DNA of 64,000 bases. Origin: Candidatus Poribacteria bacterium (GTDB taxonomy: Bacteria > Poribacteria > WGA-4E > WGA-3G). Position numbers and translations under genes: made by a program. The notes under the pieces were generated by a model. It ran no database searches. It was not told the origin of the DNA and saw only the letters and a program-made list of their open reading frames with translations. Positions 10,888-21,306 of this stretch are shown here, one piece after another. The stretch spans positions 352,001-416,000 of the forward strand of contig OZ243938.1 of the NCBI GenBank assembly GCA_965214095.1, given 5' to 3'. How positions within the stretch are numbered: the first letter of the stretch is position 1; each line of letters opens with the position of its first letter.

Positions 10888-11824
10888 ATGGCGATTGATG
10901 ACGTGATATTCGCAATTGGATATGAACAGGAATTAGATGAGAAGTTTCAGGATCGCAAGTTTCAGGCTTCTCTGCACGATAAGGAATTAGGATAAAGCCA
11001 TGCCAGTTGAAATTGGTTTACGCATAAAATCAGAGAATGTGACAGGTTCGGATTTTGATCAACTCATTAACGATTTGAAACGCACTGGTCAAAGCACGGA
11101 TCAGGTCAAACAGTCCGCTGATAATCTGGGAAAAGAGTTTGATACGCTTGGAAACAAAATACAAGAGACTTCCAAACTAACACTCGGTGCTAATGCCCGT
11201 TGGCAATTGGCTGAAGGGAATATACTCAATACGCAACAGGCATCCAAACGTCTGGAAACGGCTTTAGCAGCAGTGTCTGATGATCAATTGCGTCAAATTA
11301 ACGTATTTCGCGACTTGCACAGGCGAACGAACGTGTTCAACTCAAAACGTCCAGATGGGTGGCTAATGGCAACAGCTTTCCTGGATCCAGACAACATGTA
11401 TCCTACCCGTGATACTTCCGATGTCCAGATTGATGGGAATCGCAGGACTATCCAAGAATTGACAGGTGCAACCCCTTCCTTGACGGTGGTATTAGGTGCA
11501 ACTGCCCAGTTAGTCAATTGCGTCTGGTTCGGTGTCGCCAATGTAGCGAAAGCGACAATCTCACTGGACGGCACGGTGATTGTGTCCGCTGAGACATATC
11601 CTGAGAAAAAAGGATTCGCTTCTTTTCCTGAACAGCCTGTGACTGAGATAACACTTGCCGTAACGGAAAAAGAGGATAACTCTCAGCCTGTACGTATTTC
11701 TGAAGTCGTAGCGGGAAAAGTATTATTAGAATTACCCAATCAAGTGTTTCTACCGAACACCACACCGCAACCCGCTTTACGTATTCAAAAGCATATTATA
11801 GCTATAAGGATTCGTAATTATTGA
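10888..11824 (+). pseudogene. Phage tail-module-like remnant (end of a small gene plus tape-measure-like N-terminus fused to a tail-protein-like fragment)
   Basis: ORF 11000 begins MPVEIGLRIKSE followed by an amphipathic helix, then switches abruptly to beta-rich sequence that is duplicated at 16141. Confidence 0.45.
11552..11782 (+). repeat. ~230-bp direct repeat, copy 1 (copy 2 at 16141-16371)
   Basis: Near-identical DNA encoding ATISLD...PNTTPQPALR at both sites. Confidence 0.9.
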
Positions 11825-12066
11825 GGTGGACTTAGTGTGAAGTCACTGAATCAGTTCATCACTACATTTATTGGATACATTGATTCTTGTCTAAACCAGG
11901 ATTTACAGCATTTGTAGATTCGCAGGAAAAGAGGGGTTTGCGCAGGATAAGCTGTGTTTGCAAAGTAGTAGGCACACTCCGTGTGCCGTTCGTTACCTTG
12001 AATTTAACCAGGGCGGATATTTAGGCACGCCTCCGCAAGATGAGCTCTGTATGTCCTTCAAAATCA

Positions 12067-15000
12067 TTAGTGACCGTGTTTGAGTTGGCTCCAACTCAGC
12101 AACATTTTATCCTTCGCAGAAACCAGACCTTTCAACCGAACAGTCGAGAGTTGTTCACGAACACCCGCATGCGAGACATCTTCTATCCGATAATAATAGA
12201 CAGTGTTGGACTTTGCTGTGGTGTCCGTCCATGTATATTCAGTGCGTTCCGCCGTTGTGCCAGCTCCAGCAATCATAGTTGGGGTGACAACTTCAAACTC
12301 ACCATCTTTGGTTGGACTGCGGTAGATGTAAAAACCCGCATTGTCCAGTTCAGATTCTGTTGTCCAGTTCAGCACAACGCCTCCGGTTGTCTGTTCCGCA
12401 CGGAAACTGGACAAGGACACGGGCAAAGGCAGGTCGCTTGACGCGTCCCAGAACTTCACCTTTCCCTGACTGGCACCTGCAAGTTTCTGTCCATCGGGAC
12501 TGAACGCCAAATACAAGGCTCCCCCAGACACCTTGAGCGTTTTTCGGTGTGTGCCTGTCCTGACATCCCACAAATAGACATGAGAAAGCCCACTTGCCAA
12601 CGTCTGGCTATTGGGATGAAACGCAACGCTATTACTAACACTCCTATGTCCTATCAGTGTATGAAGGTGTCTACCGGTGTGCACATCCCATAAACGGATA
12701 GTGGTATCTGACCCCGAACTCGCAAGAATTTTGCCATCCGGACTGAACGCCAAGTCATCAACAGAGTCCTGATGCCCTGTGAGTGTGTGTCGGATTTTAC
12801 CGGTGCGCACATCAAATAAATGGATACGACCATCCCATAACCCGCTTGCAAGCGTCCGCAAATCTGGGCTGAACACTTCTCCACCCGTCAAAATCTCTAC
12901 GTCACTTTCTGATTGCACGCGCCCTGTGTACACATCCCATAAACGGATGCTCCCATGAGAACTGGTTTTTGACTGAATCGCCCCCGCGAGCGTCAGCCCA
13001 TCGGGAGAAAATGCTACGCTCCCCGCCGTTTCATTATCTGATACGGGTATGCCACGTTGGATTTCGCCCGTGTCAACATCCCATAAATAAATGCTACTCT
13101 CATCCAGCCATACCTCACATGCAATTGTCTGACTATCCGGAGAAAACGCAAAGGATACCCGTTGTCCTATCCCTGCTAATGTATGTCGAACTTTATTCGT
13201 GCGAACATCCCATAAACGGATGACGTTCTCCTCCTTACTTGCCAACGTCTGACCATCTGGACTAAACATGATCATGTCAATGCCACCCGCTGTAAAATCG
13301 TTGAATGTATGCCGCGATTCCCCTGTGTGCACATCCCATAAACAGATTTTACTGTCCTGCGTACTCAGACTTGCAAGTGCGTTTCCATCCGGGCTAAACA
13401 CCATGCCTAAGATCGAATACTTATGTCCTTCAAGTTCTTGTTGTATTTCACCTGTGCGAACATTCCATAAACGTATACTGCCCGAACCCGCGCTTGCAAG
13501 CATTTTGCCATTGGGGCTAAATTCCACGCGATGAATCCAGCTGTCATGATGAAATGTGTTCAGGATTTCACCCGTGCCAACATCCCATAAATAGATGGTG
13601 TCTTCCAACGCACTGCTTGCTAACGTCCGGCCATCAGGACTAAACGCTACACTCTCAACCCAGCCCTTATGTTCCTTGAGTGTGTGCAGGATTTCTCCCG
13701 TGTCAACATCCCATAAACGGACGGTGTCGTCCACTCCACCGCTTGCTAACGTCCGGCCATCAGGACTAAACGCTACGCTCTTGATACTCACGACACTATC
13801 TTTGAGTGTGTGACGAATTATGTTTCTGCCGAAATCCCACAAACGGATACTACCATCCGAACCCGCAATCGCAAGCAACTGACCATCGGGAGAAAACGCT
13901 AAGTCAAGCACGTAAGTCTTCCCTGAACGTGTATGTACGATGTCACCTGTGCTCAGATCCCATATATAGCTATACTTCCAATAGCCACCCGCAATGAATT
14001 GTCCATCCGGACTAAACACAATGCTACTGATGCTCCCTTCTGCTCCTTCTAATAAATCAACGGGGTGCTGGGTCTGTGCATCGTAGAACGTAATCCCATC
14101 ACCCGCAACAGCAAAATGCAATCCATCAGGAGAATACGCTATATCAGAAGCACCACCTTTCCCCAAAGACCGTGTTGTCTCGTAGAAATCGGACTCTGCC
14201 TGCAAGAAAGGTGTAATATCAATCGGAAAGTTCTGTGTACGTGTCATGACACCGGACGTATCAATCAGCTGCAGATAAACATTGCGATCTTCGGGCAACA
14301 ATGCAACCGTGACAAACTCAACAATGCTATCACGGGTTGAAACTAAGGTTTGCCCAGCAACAAAATCAGGGTATCGGCTGTTAGAATTCGCCGGTCTCAG
14401 TAATTGGGCTTGATGCAGCAGTCCATTAGAACCCGTTATTTCAAAACGAAGCCGTATCGTATTCGGAGACGCTAACGCACTCAGAGGCAACATCTCAACC
14501 GTCGGCACCTGTACCCTGTCTAAATCAATAGGAATACGTGCCGGATTGAATGCATCATGAACATCAAGCCAATGCGCAGTCCAATATGTGTTGAGCATTC
14601 GATCATGACTAAAAGAGACGACTGTTTTGTTTTCAATGTCACGACTATAAAAACCGTGATTTAAGCCAAAGGTATGTCCGAGTTCATGCGCAATCGTACC
14701 CACATCAAAACAGTCACCAGAGGCAGGCACAAGTGCCTGTCCCGCAGCGTTCCAGCCTCTGCCAAGACCACACGCTTCACCACGGTTCAGTATTTCACTG
14801 CTTATATCTATCGCCGCGAGATAGATGTCCTTTGACATGTCAAACTTTTCTTCTATTTCAGACCACATATCAAACGTGTATTGTAAATTATTATAATACG
14901 TATCTGACTGTCGTCCGTTGACATGATACACAACCGCTTTACCTGTGGTATCGGTTTCATAGAGAAAGGTTTTTCTGCCGAACCCGTGTGCCTCCATCTG

Positions 15001-15201
15001 ATTGGCAAATAATTCCTGAACTTCCTTTATTAAAGTATCAAACTTTCCATTTATGTCCGGCTGCGCTTCACGGTCGTTGGGCAAAAAGTAGATAAGCTTC
15101 ACTATAGGTCTTGGTGTCGCGTCTTGCGCAAAAGTAGCCGACACAAACAAAAACGTTACAATCGTGAGGAATATAAAAATGTAACAGAACGTCGTTTTCA
15201 T
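12067..15201 (-). CDS. Secreted zinc metallopeptidase + WD40 repeats + Ig/FN3-like domain + C-terminal W-x-x-L-K motif
   Basis: Signal peptide (TFAQD); HELGHTFGLNH zincin motif; many SPDGxTLAS...LWD repeats; LPVSLSSF...WTTESE; VSAKDKMLLSWSQLK. Confidence 0.9.
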   Translation of the reverse strand: MKTTFCYIFIFLTIVTFLFVSATFAQDATPRPIVKLIYFLPNDREAQPDINGKFDTLIKEVQELFANQMEAHGFGRKTFLYETDTTGKAVVYHVNGRQSDTYYNNLQYTFDMWSEIEEKFDMSKDIYLAAIDISSEILNRGEACGLGRGWNAAGQALVPASGDCFDVGTIAHELGHTFGLNHGFYSRDIENKTVVSFSHDRMLNTYWTAHWLDVHDAFNPARIPIDLDRVQVPTVEMLPLSALASPNTIRLRFEITGSNGLLHQAQLLRPANSNSRYPDFVAGQTLVSTRDSIVEFVTVALLPEDRNVYLQLIDTSGVMTRTQNFPIDITPFLQAESDFYETTRSLGKGGASDIAYSPDGLHFAVAGDGITFYDAQTQHPVDLLEGAEGSISSIVFSPDGQFIAGGYWKYSYIWDLSTGDIVHTRSGKTYVLDLAFSPDGQLLAIAGSDGSIRLWDFGRNIIRHTLKDSVVSIKSVAFSPDGRTLASGGVDDTVRLWDVDTGEILHTLKEHKGWVESVAFSPDGRTLASSALEDTIYLWDVGTGEILNTFHHDSWIHRVEFSPNGKMLASAGSGSIRLWNVRTGEIQQELEGHKYSILGMVFSPDGNALASLSTQDSKICLWDVHTGESRHTFNDFTAGGIDMIMFSPDGQTLASKEENVIRLWDVRTNKVRHTLAGIGQRVSFAFSPDSQTIACEVWLDESSIYLWDVDTGEIQRGIPVSDNETAGSVAFSPDGLTLAGAIQSKTSSHGSIRLWDVYTGRVQSESDVEILTGGEVFSPDLRTLASGLWDGRIHLFDVRTGKIRHTLTGHQDSVDDLAFSPDGKILASSGSDTTIRLWDVHTGRHLHTLIGHRSVSNSVAFHPNSQTLASGLSHVYLWDVRTGTHRKTLKVSGGALYLAFSPDGQKLAGASQGKVKFWDASSDLPLPVSLSSFRAEQTTGGVVLNWTTESELDNAGFYIYRSPTKDGEFEVVTPTMIAGAGTTAERTEYTWTDTTAKSNTVYYYRIEDVSHAGVREQLSTVRLKGLVSAKDKMLLSWSQLKHGH

Positions 15202-15452
15202 AATAAATCGCTCCTTGTTATTATTTCTCCCCGTTTGCTATCCCAATCTGTTGTGTGATGTGATTGCAAAGCGACAACACCTTAATAGACAAAGTGTTTC
15301 CGCTAAAGTCTAAACATTTTACCTAATGTCATCATTCTTTTCAGAGGATGCATTGTGATGTTCCTGCATTGTTAAATTCACTTCTTATCATTGGTAGTGC
15401 TTATCCATCTACAAAATCAAGGACACGTTACTGAATCATAATTAACGATTTA

Positions 15453-15469
15453 AGCAATTCTCATGCCAA
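15453..15469 (-). promoter_or_regulatory. Sigma54 (-24/-12) promoter
   Basis: Minus strand TTGGCATGAGAATTGCT gives GG-N10-GC, about 250 bp upstream of 15201. Confidence 0.75.
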
Positions 15470-15792
15470 AACAATTAAATTGGCTGAATTCTTGTGATAT
15501 AGTCGTTAATACCGAATGTCTTCTCTTACGCGAATTTTGCTACAAATACAGGTATTGATTAGGTTTATCAAGATAAGAATATTAATCAAAATATATTATG
15601 AAACATTTTTTGTATAAAATTAAACTTGATTCGGTCCCAATTCCTTATCAACCACAATTACGCAAAAAATGTAGCATGAAGATGCAAAATATGCATGGAC
15701 ATACAATTTTTGCGTGTCAGATTCTTAGTGTATTGATAGAAACAAAAATGATGAGTTACATTTATTTTTAACGAGTTGTGCTAAATAAACTA

Positions 15793-16060
15793 TAGTTTGG
15801 ACAATTTCTCTCGGTTGCATACTGATATTGCTAGCATTTTCAACATTTTGTGAGTTTTCAATAGGATAATAACTTGACGAAAATGTGTGAGAATATCAAA
15901 ATGAGCAGCCCCAGCGGGGCGAAATGTGTCCAGCACATCGTGAACAAACGATTTATAGCCCCAGCGGGGCGACAGGTGTATCATTCAAGGAATAGGTCCG
16001 ATGACTGTGATGCTCCTTGTCCAGACTATTATTCAAGTCTATAAAAAACTGTCCAAACTA
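15793..16060. mobile_element. MITE with TA target duplication carrying two agccccagcggggcga repeats
   Basis: TA|TAGTTTGGACA ... TGTCCAAACTA|TA. Confidence 0.8.
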
Positions 16061-16065
16061 TACTA

Positions 16066-16841
16066 TAGTTATAAGGAGTCGTAATTATTGAGGTGGACTT
16101 ACTGTGAAGTCACTGAATCGGTTCATCACTGCATTTAATGGCTACAATCTCACTGGACAGCACGGTGATTGTGTCCGCTGAAGCGTATCCTGAGAAAAAA
16201 GGATTTGCTTCTTTTCCTGAACAGCCTGTGACTGAGATAACACTTGCCGTGACAGGAAAAGAGAACAACTCTCAGCCTATACGTATTTCTGAAGTCGTAG
16301 CGGGAAAAGTATTATTAGAATTACCCGATCAAGTGTTTCTACCGAACACCACACCGCAACCCGCTTTACGTGGAGCCGGCGTGCATGATCTGAAACATCA
16401 AAGTGCCATCCAGAGAATAAACGTCAAACTGGGAATAGGAACTTTGGAGAGCCAAACTCACAATCCTGTAAATCTACTAATCCTGTAAATCCTGGTTCAG
16501 ACAAATAGAAATACAAATCCATAATAAATCTACAAATATTATGCCAACACTACAAGACGTAGTCTTTCAAAGAGACCTAACACCTTATCTACACGTCCAG
16601 CTACTTGATGTAGATATTACCGATGATCTACTATCAGAACAGCACAACGGCATAGCCGGAATAGAGAACATCCTTGATTACCCAGAATTAAACGTCTTCA
16701 AATCATCCAACATCATCTTGACACTCTCCAATGATGACGGCAGGTTCCCCCTGATAATCCCACAAACTTCTTTATTTCCAATGGCGATCCGAATGTTGTC
16801 AATTCACTTGTGATAAGAAACGACTAAAACACCTAAAACTA
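16066..16841. mobile_element. MITE-like shell containing phage-like gene fragments; related shell at 42174-42499 and left part at 11800-11900
   Basis: Shared left segment (tagttataagg...tcactgaatcggttcatcact), shared middle (16390-16522 vs 42336-42453) and shared right end (cacctaaaacta vs atcctaaaactg). Confidence 0.55.
16541..16813 (+). pseudogene. Truncated phage-tail-like gene
   Basis: VDITDDLL...SSNIILTLSNDDGRF resembles tail-protein N-termini; apparent frameshift at the C-run near 16748. Confidence 0.35.
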
Positions 16842-16868
16842 AATAACCCTGTGTTATAATAAAATGTG

Positions 16869-16898
16869 TTGATATTCAACTCAATACTATAGTATAAT
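16869..16898 (+). promoter_or_regulatory. Sigma70 promoter overlapped by palindromes (candidate operator)
   Basis: TTGATA-18-TATAAT; palindromes gttgatattcaac and atactatagtat. Confidence 0.55.
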
Positions 16899-16919
16899 CA
16901 TTATGAATGGTGAAAAACA

Positions 16920-17264
16920 ATGGAAAACAAAACATTTGGACAAGTGCTTAAAGAAATAAGACGCAATAAAGATGTTACCCAACGTCAATTAGCAATAGCC
17001 GTCGGTGTTGATTTTTCCTACATCAGTAAGATTGAAAATGATCGTATGCCACCGCCAGCAGCAGACACTATAGTGAAGATATGTGATGTACTTAGTGTGC
17101 CTCCTGATGATTTGCTCGCAATGACTGGGAAGATGCCAACACTGATAAAGGAAGCTATTAGCGAAAAACCAGCAGCACAGCAGTTCCTACGTGAAGCACA
17201 GACCATGACATTGACAGATGACGAATGGAGTGCTCTCACACAGCAGCTTAGGAAATTGCGTTAG
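16920..17264 (+). CDS. XRE-family HTH transcriptional regulator
   Basis: FGQVLKEIR...TQRQLA..VGVDFSYISKIEN. Confidence 0.9.
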   Translation: MENKTFGQVLKEIRRNKDVTQRQLAIAVGVDFSYISKIENDRMPPPAADTIVKICDVLSVPPDDLLAMTGKMPTLIKEAISEKPAAQQFLREAQTMTLTDDEWSALTQQLRKLR

Positions 17265-17379
17265 ATGTGTGACTATTTCTGCAGAATATTAAGAGTAAGG
17301 TGAATATGAATGACAAACATTTAATTCACCACATATCTGAGGATGAAACATATTTTGATTCACTAAAAGGAGCAAGAAC

Positions 17380-17709
17380 ATGGCAGCCGCTAAAATTCTT
17401 GAGCGTGGACAGATTACTATACCGAAACAAATCCGAGAGAGTTTAGGACTTAAGAAGGGCGATATTGTAGATACAAGGATAGAAGGGGATTGTGTGGTAA
17501 TCACACCAAAAAAATCAGTCACACCAGAAGACTGGAACAAACTTTTGGAAGTGATGAGCACCGTCCACGAGCAAAATAAAGACATCAGCGAGGAAGAAGT
17601 ATATCAGGATGTCCAACGTGCAGTTGAAGAGCTGCGACATGAAGAATATGAAAATCACTTCTGTAAAAGGCAGATACATGCTCTTTTGAGTCCACAAACG
17701 TCCAATTGA
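17380..17709 (+). CDS. AbrB/MazE/SpoVT-family DNA-binding protein (orphan antitoxin-like)
   Basis: KILERGQITIPKQIRESLGLKKGD; AAGGAG RBS; no toxin ORF follows. Confidence 0.85.
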   Translation: MAAAKILERGQITIPKQIRESLGLKKGDIVDTRIEGDCVVITPKKSVTPEDWNKLLEVMSTVHEQNKDISEEEVYQDVQRAVEELRHEEYENHFCKRQIHALLSPQTSN

Positions 17710-17790
17710 CACCGTCCAAGCCTACCCGCATAATTGGTAGATACCTATAATCCCAACGGCACGCACACTCACAAAATATAAAGGTTCATC

Positions 17791-20700
17791 ATGTCAGATA
17801 ATGACCGATCACTAAAGTCCGGTATCCGAGACAACCTGCTTCGCGGCACAGTTCATGATTTTTTAGAGCGCGAAATCCAATCAGGTTCTGTGCTTTCTAT
17901 CGTTTCTGCTTATTTCACTATCTATGCCTACGAAAAAATGCAACACCCTCTCAACGAGATAAATGAACTCCGCTTTCTTTTCGGTGATCCCGATTTCGTC
18001 AAACGGATGGACCCAAATAATAAAGATAGAAAAGCCTTTGAGATTACGGATGAAGGTTTGGCTCTTAATCAGCAACTCCGACAAAAACCGATTGCAAGAA
18101 CGTGTGCCAAATGGATAAAAAACAAAAAGGTAGAAATCCGTTCTACTCGTGGATCAAAACTGATTCACGGGAAAATGTATCATATCAATAATAACGGTGT
18201 TGACAGAGCCATCTTGGGCAGTTCTAACTTTACCGTGCATGGACTCGGACTGAGTGCCAATAGCAGTAACATTGAACTCAACCTGGAGGTGGATAGTAAT
18301 CGCGACCGAACTGACCTGAAGGCATGGTTTGACCAACTTTGGAATAATGATGAGCTCGTTGAAGATGTTAAAGATATAGTACTGGCAAAACTGAGGCAGA
18401 TAGGACAAGATCACCCACCGGAACTCATCTATTACAAAACGCTTTACGAACTTTTCCGTGAAGAAATTGAGACACGACAAACGAATGAACAGACCCTTGA
18501 AGATGCCCATCTTTATGATATGAAAATATGGGAGAAGTTGTATGCCTTCCAAAAAGATGGTGCGAAAAGTGTTATCGCTCGGTTGTTACGGCACAATGGG
18601 TGTATATTGGCTGATAGTGTCGGTTTAGGAAAAACATACACAGCACTCGCAGTTATCAAGTTCTTTGAATTGCGAAATGAACGCGTGCTCGTACTCTGCC
18701 CGAAAAAACTTAGAGAAAATTGGGCTCTCTATCCGGCATACAATGCACAAGAAACAAACGAATTCCTTGACGATAAATTCAATTTCACCGTCCTATCACA
18801 CACGGATCTATCACGGCACACAGGAGAATCCGGTAGCGTCCATTTGGAGAATTTCAACTGGAGTAGTTTTGATCTCATCGTAATTGATGAATCACACAAC
18901 TTCCGCAACGACAGCAAACAACGTGAGGATAGCGAAGGCAATTTACGACATACCCGGTATTCCCGTCTATTAGAAGAGGTCATCAAGGAAGGCACGAAAA
19001 CCAAAGTCTTGATGCTTTCAGCAACGCCAGTCAATACCTCACTTACCGATCTCCGCAACCAGATATATCTGATGACTGAAAAACGCGAGGATGTCTTCAG
19101 AAATACTTTAGGCATTAGTAATATCCGTAACCTAATACGACAGACACAGAAAGCGTTCAAGACGTGGGAAGAAAAGGCTACAAGAAACAAGACGGAGTTG
19201 TTCAATACGTTAGGGGCAGACTTTTTTCAACTACTCGGTGGTGTCTCTATTGCGCGTTCACGTAAACTTATCAAAAAATACTATGCCGATGATTTAGAGA
19301 AGATCGGGAACTTTCTGGAGCCACGACCCCCGATAAATCGACACCCACATACCGACCTGACAGGTGAACTCTCATACAAGGCGTTGGCTGACCAGATAGG
19401 TGATTTTGAATTATCCATCTACAGACCTTCCAGTTATGTTGTCAGTAATACAGCGAAACAACGGTTAGCGGATGAGAAAGAGCGATTGCGGTTCAATCAG
19501 GAAGATCGTGAGAAATTCCTTATCGGTATGATGCAGACGAACTTCCTGAAACGACTTGAAAGTTCGGCGCATTCGCTCTCCGAAACGCTTGAACGCACTA
19601 TCAATAAACATGATGATATGTTAGCAAAGATAGAACGGTTTGAACAAAACGAACATATACCGGACGCACAGGCTAATATACTTCCCGATGACGATGAAGA
19701 TGATGAGGAATTTCTGATAAATCGCGCCAGAAATCCGTACCATCTAAAAGAATTGGATTGCACACGTTGGAAACAGGACATTCTCAAAGATAAACAGACC
19801 TTAACCGCAGCATGGGATAAAGTTAGATCCATCACACCAGAAAGAGATGGAAAACTGAAGCAGATTAAAGCCGATATTCGGAAAAAGTTGCGAAATCCGA
19901 AGAAAGACAAGAAAGGAAACCTAAATCGGAAGTTACTCATCTTTACCACCTTCAAAGATACCGCTGAATATCTTTTTGAAAACTTGTCAGAACTTGCTTC
20001 GGAGTTGAAACTTGAGATGGCAATGGTCTCGGGAGACAAGACGCAGACAACCTGCGGTCAAAACAACTTCAATGCTATTCTCACAAACTTCGCACCGTGG
20101 GGGAGGTTGCGTAAGGATCATACAGACGACAACATCGATCTCCTCATTGCTACGGACTGCGTCTCCGAAGGGCAAAACCTTCAGGATTGCGATACTGTCA
20201 TCAACTACGATATACATTGGAATCCTGTGCGTATCATTCAACGTTTTGGACGGATCGACCGAATAGGCACTCGCAACACAGAAATAAAGATGATTAACTA
20301 CTGGCCCACCGAAGATATGGAGGTATATCTAAGTCTCCGAAACCGTGTTGAATCCCGTATGGCACTCGCGGATGCTACCGCAAGCGGTGATGATGACCCA
20401 CTCAATGAATTGACTTACGAACAGGCACAGATGGAACTCAATTTCCGTGATGACCAGTTGAAGCGACTTCGTGAAGAAGCATTTGATATAGATGATCTGT
20501 CCGATGGCGTTGTGATGAGCGATTTTACGTTGGATTATTTCTTTGCACAACTCCTGAAATATCTGGAAAGGAACAAGACAAAACTTGAGGCGACACCCGA
20601 AGGTGCTTATGCTGTTACGAATAACGAAAGTAATCCTACTGAAAAAGGTGTGATCTTTTTTCTATGTTTAGAAAATGCCAGTGAAAACAAACAGGAAAAA

Positions 20701-21060
20701 ACTGCCAGTCCTATTCACCCTTATTATACGGTATATATCCGCAGCAGTGGCGATATCCGTTACGGATGTCTTAATGCCAAACAAGTGTTGGATCTGTTTG
20801 AGGCAACTGCTGTTGGCGAGGAGAACGTCATAGATCATTTATGTCTGCAGTTTGACCAAAAGACGGAGTTTGGCGAAAACATGGAGCACTACAATAATCT
20901 TTTAGATGCTGTCATTTCGCACATCACCCGATCACATACAAAAACACAAACGGCATCTATCAGGAGCGGTAGTCCACGCGACACAAAACTCACACCAGCA
21001 TCCAAATCCCCGAAAGACAGTCGTAATTTTAAATTGGTGACATGGTTGGTAATCGCGTGA
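17791..21060 (+). CDS. Phospholipase-D-nuclease + SNF2-family helicase
   Basis: PLD motif HGKMY...GSSNFT; Walker A LADSVGLGKT; IDESHN; SATP; SEGQNLQ; QRFGRIDRIG. Confidence 0.9.
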   Translation: MSDNDRSLKSGIRDNLLRGTVHDFLEREIQSGSVLSIVSAYFTIYAYEKMQHPLNEINELRFLFGDPDFVKRMDPNNKDRKAFEITDEGLALNQQLRQKPIARTCAKWIKNKKVEIRSTRGSKLIHGKMYHINNNGVDRAILGSSNFTVHGLGLSANSSNIELNLEVDSNRDRTDLKAWFDQLWNNDELVEDVKDIVLAKLRQIGQDHPPELIYYKTLYELFREEIETRQTNEQTLEDAHLYDMKIWEKLYAFQKDGAKSVIARLLRHNGCILADSVGLGKTYTALAVIKFFELRNERVLVLCPKKLRENWALYPAYNAQETNEFLDDKFNFTVLSHTDLSRHTGESGSVHLENFNWSSFDLIVIDESHNFRNDSKQREDSEGNLRHTRYSRLLEEVIKEGTKTKVLMLSATPVNTSLTDLRNQIYLMTEKREDVFRNTLGISNIRNLIRQTQKAFKTWEEKATRNKTELFNTLGADFFQLLGGVSIARSRKLIKKYYADDLEKIGNFLEPRPPINRHPHTDLTGELSYKALADQIGDFELSIYRPSSYVVSNTAKQRLADEKERLRFNQEDREKFLIGMMQTNFLKRLESSAHSLSETLERTINKHDDMLAKIERFEQNEHIPDAQANILPDDDEDDEEFLINRARNPYHLKELDCTRWKQDILKDKQTLTAAWDKVRSITPERDGKLKQIKADIRKKLRNPKKDKKGNLNRKLLIFTTFKDTAEYLFENLSELASELKLEMAMVSGDKTQTTCGQNNFNAILTNFAPWGRLRKDHTDDNIDLLIATDCVSEGQNLQDCDTVINYDIHWNPVRIIQRFGRIDRIGTRNTEIKMINYWPTEDMEVYLSLRNRVESRMALADATASGDDDPLNELTYEQAQMELNFRDDQLKRLREEAFDIDDLSDGVVMSDFTLDYFFAQLLKYLERNKTKLEATPEGAYAVTNNESNPTEKGVIFFLCLENASENKQEKTASPIHPYYTVYIRSSGDIRYGCLNAKQVLDLFEATAVGEENVIDHLCLQFDQKTEFGENMEHYNNLLDAVISHITRSHTKTQTASIRSGSPRDTKLTPASKSPKDSRNFKLVTWLVIA

Positions 21061-21074
21061 TTGTCCTTTTTATT

Positions 21075-21270
21075 GTAGGAGGGAACTCCGATTCCCGATT
21101 ATAGTAAAAACAATAATTATTTACACACTACGGTAGGTTCGGTTTCCTAACCGAACCATGGGCGTCAATTTAGCGTCCTTCCAGGGCCGGTAGGTTCGGT
21201 TTCCTAACCGAACCGGTGTTTGTTCAGTCTCATAGATGCGGTTAGGAAACCGAACCTACCGCGGACCTAC
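21075..21270. repeat. Nested REP/MITE cluster (homologous to 56088-56289)
   Basis: gtaggagggaactccgattcccgat, then TA|TAGTAAAAAC, two cggtaggttcggtttcctaaccgaacc units and one inverted unit. Confidence 0.85.
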
Positions 21271-21306
21271 AGACAATAATTACAACATTTTATAGGAACA
21301 CAATAT

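Noticed and set aside
13540-13800. Near-identical ~126-bp internal repeats as a mobile or regulatory repeat
   Set aside because: Explained by recent duplication of WD40 coding units.
21131-21262. Repeated cggtaggttcggtttcctaaccgaacc units as a CRISPR array
   Set aside because: Only two direct units plus one inverted unit, similar intervening sequence recurs at 56 kb, no cas genes; fits a REP/MITE.
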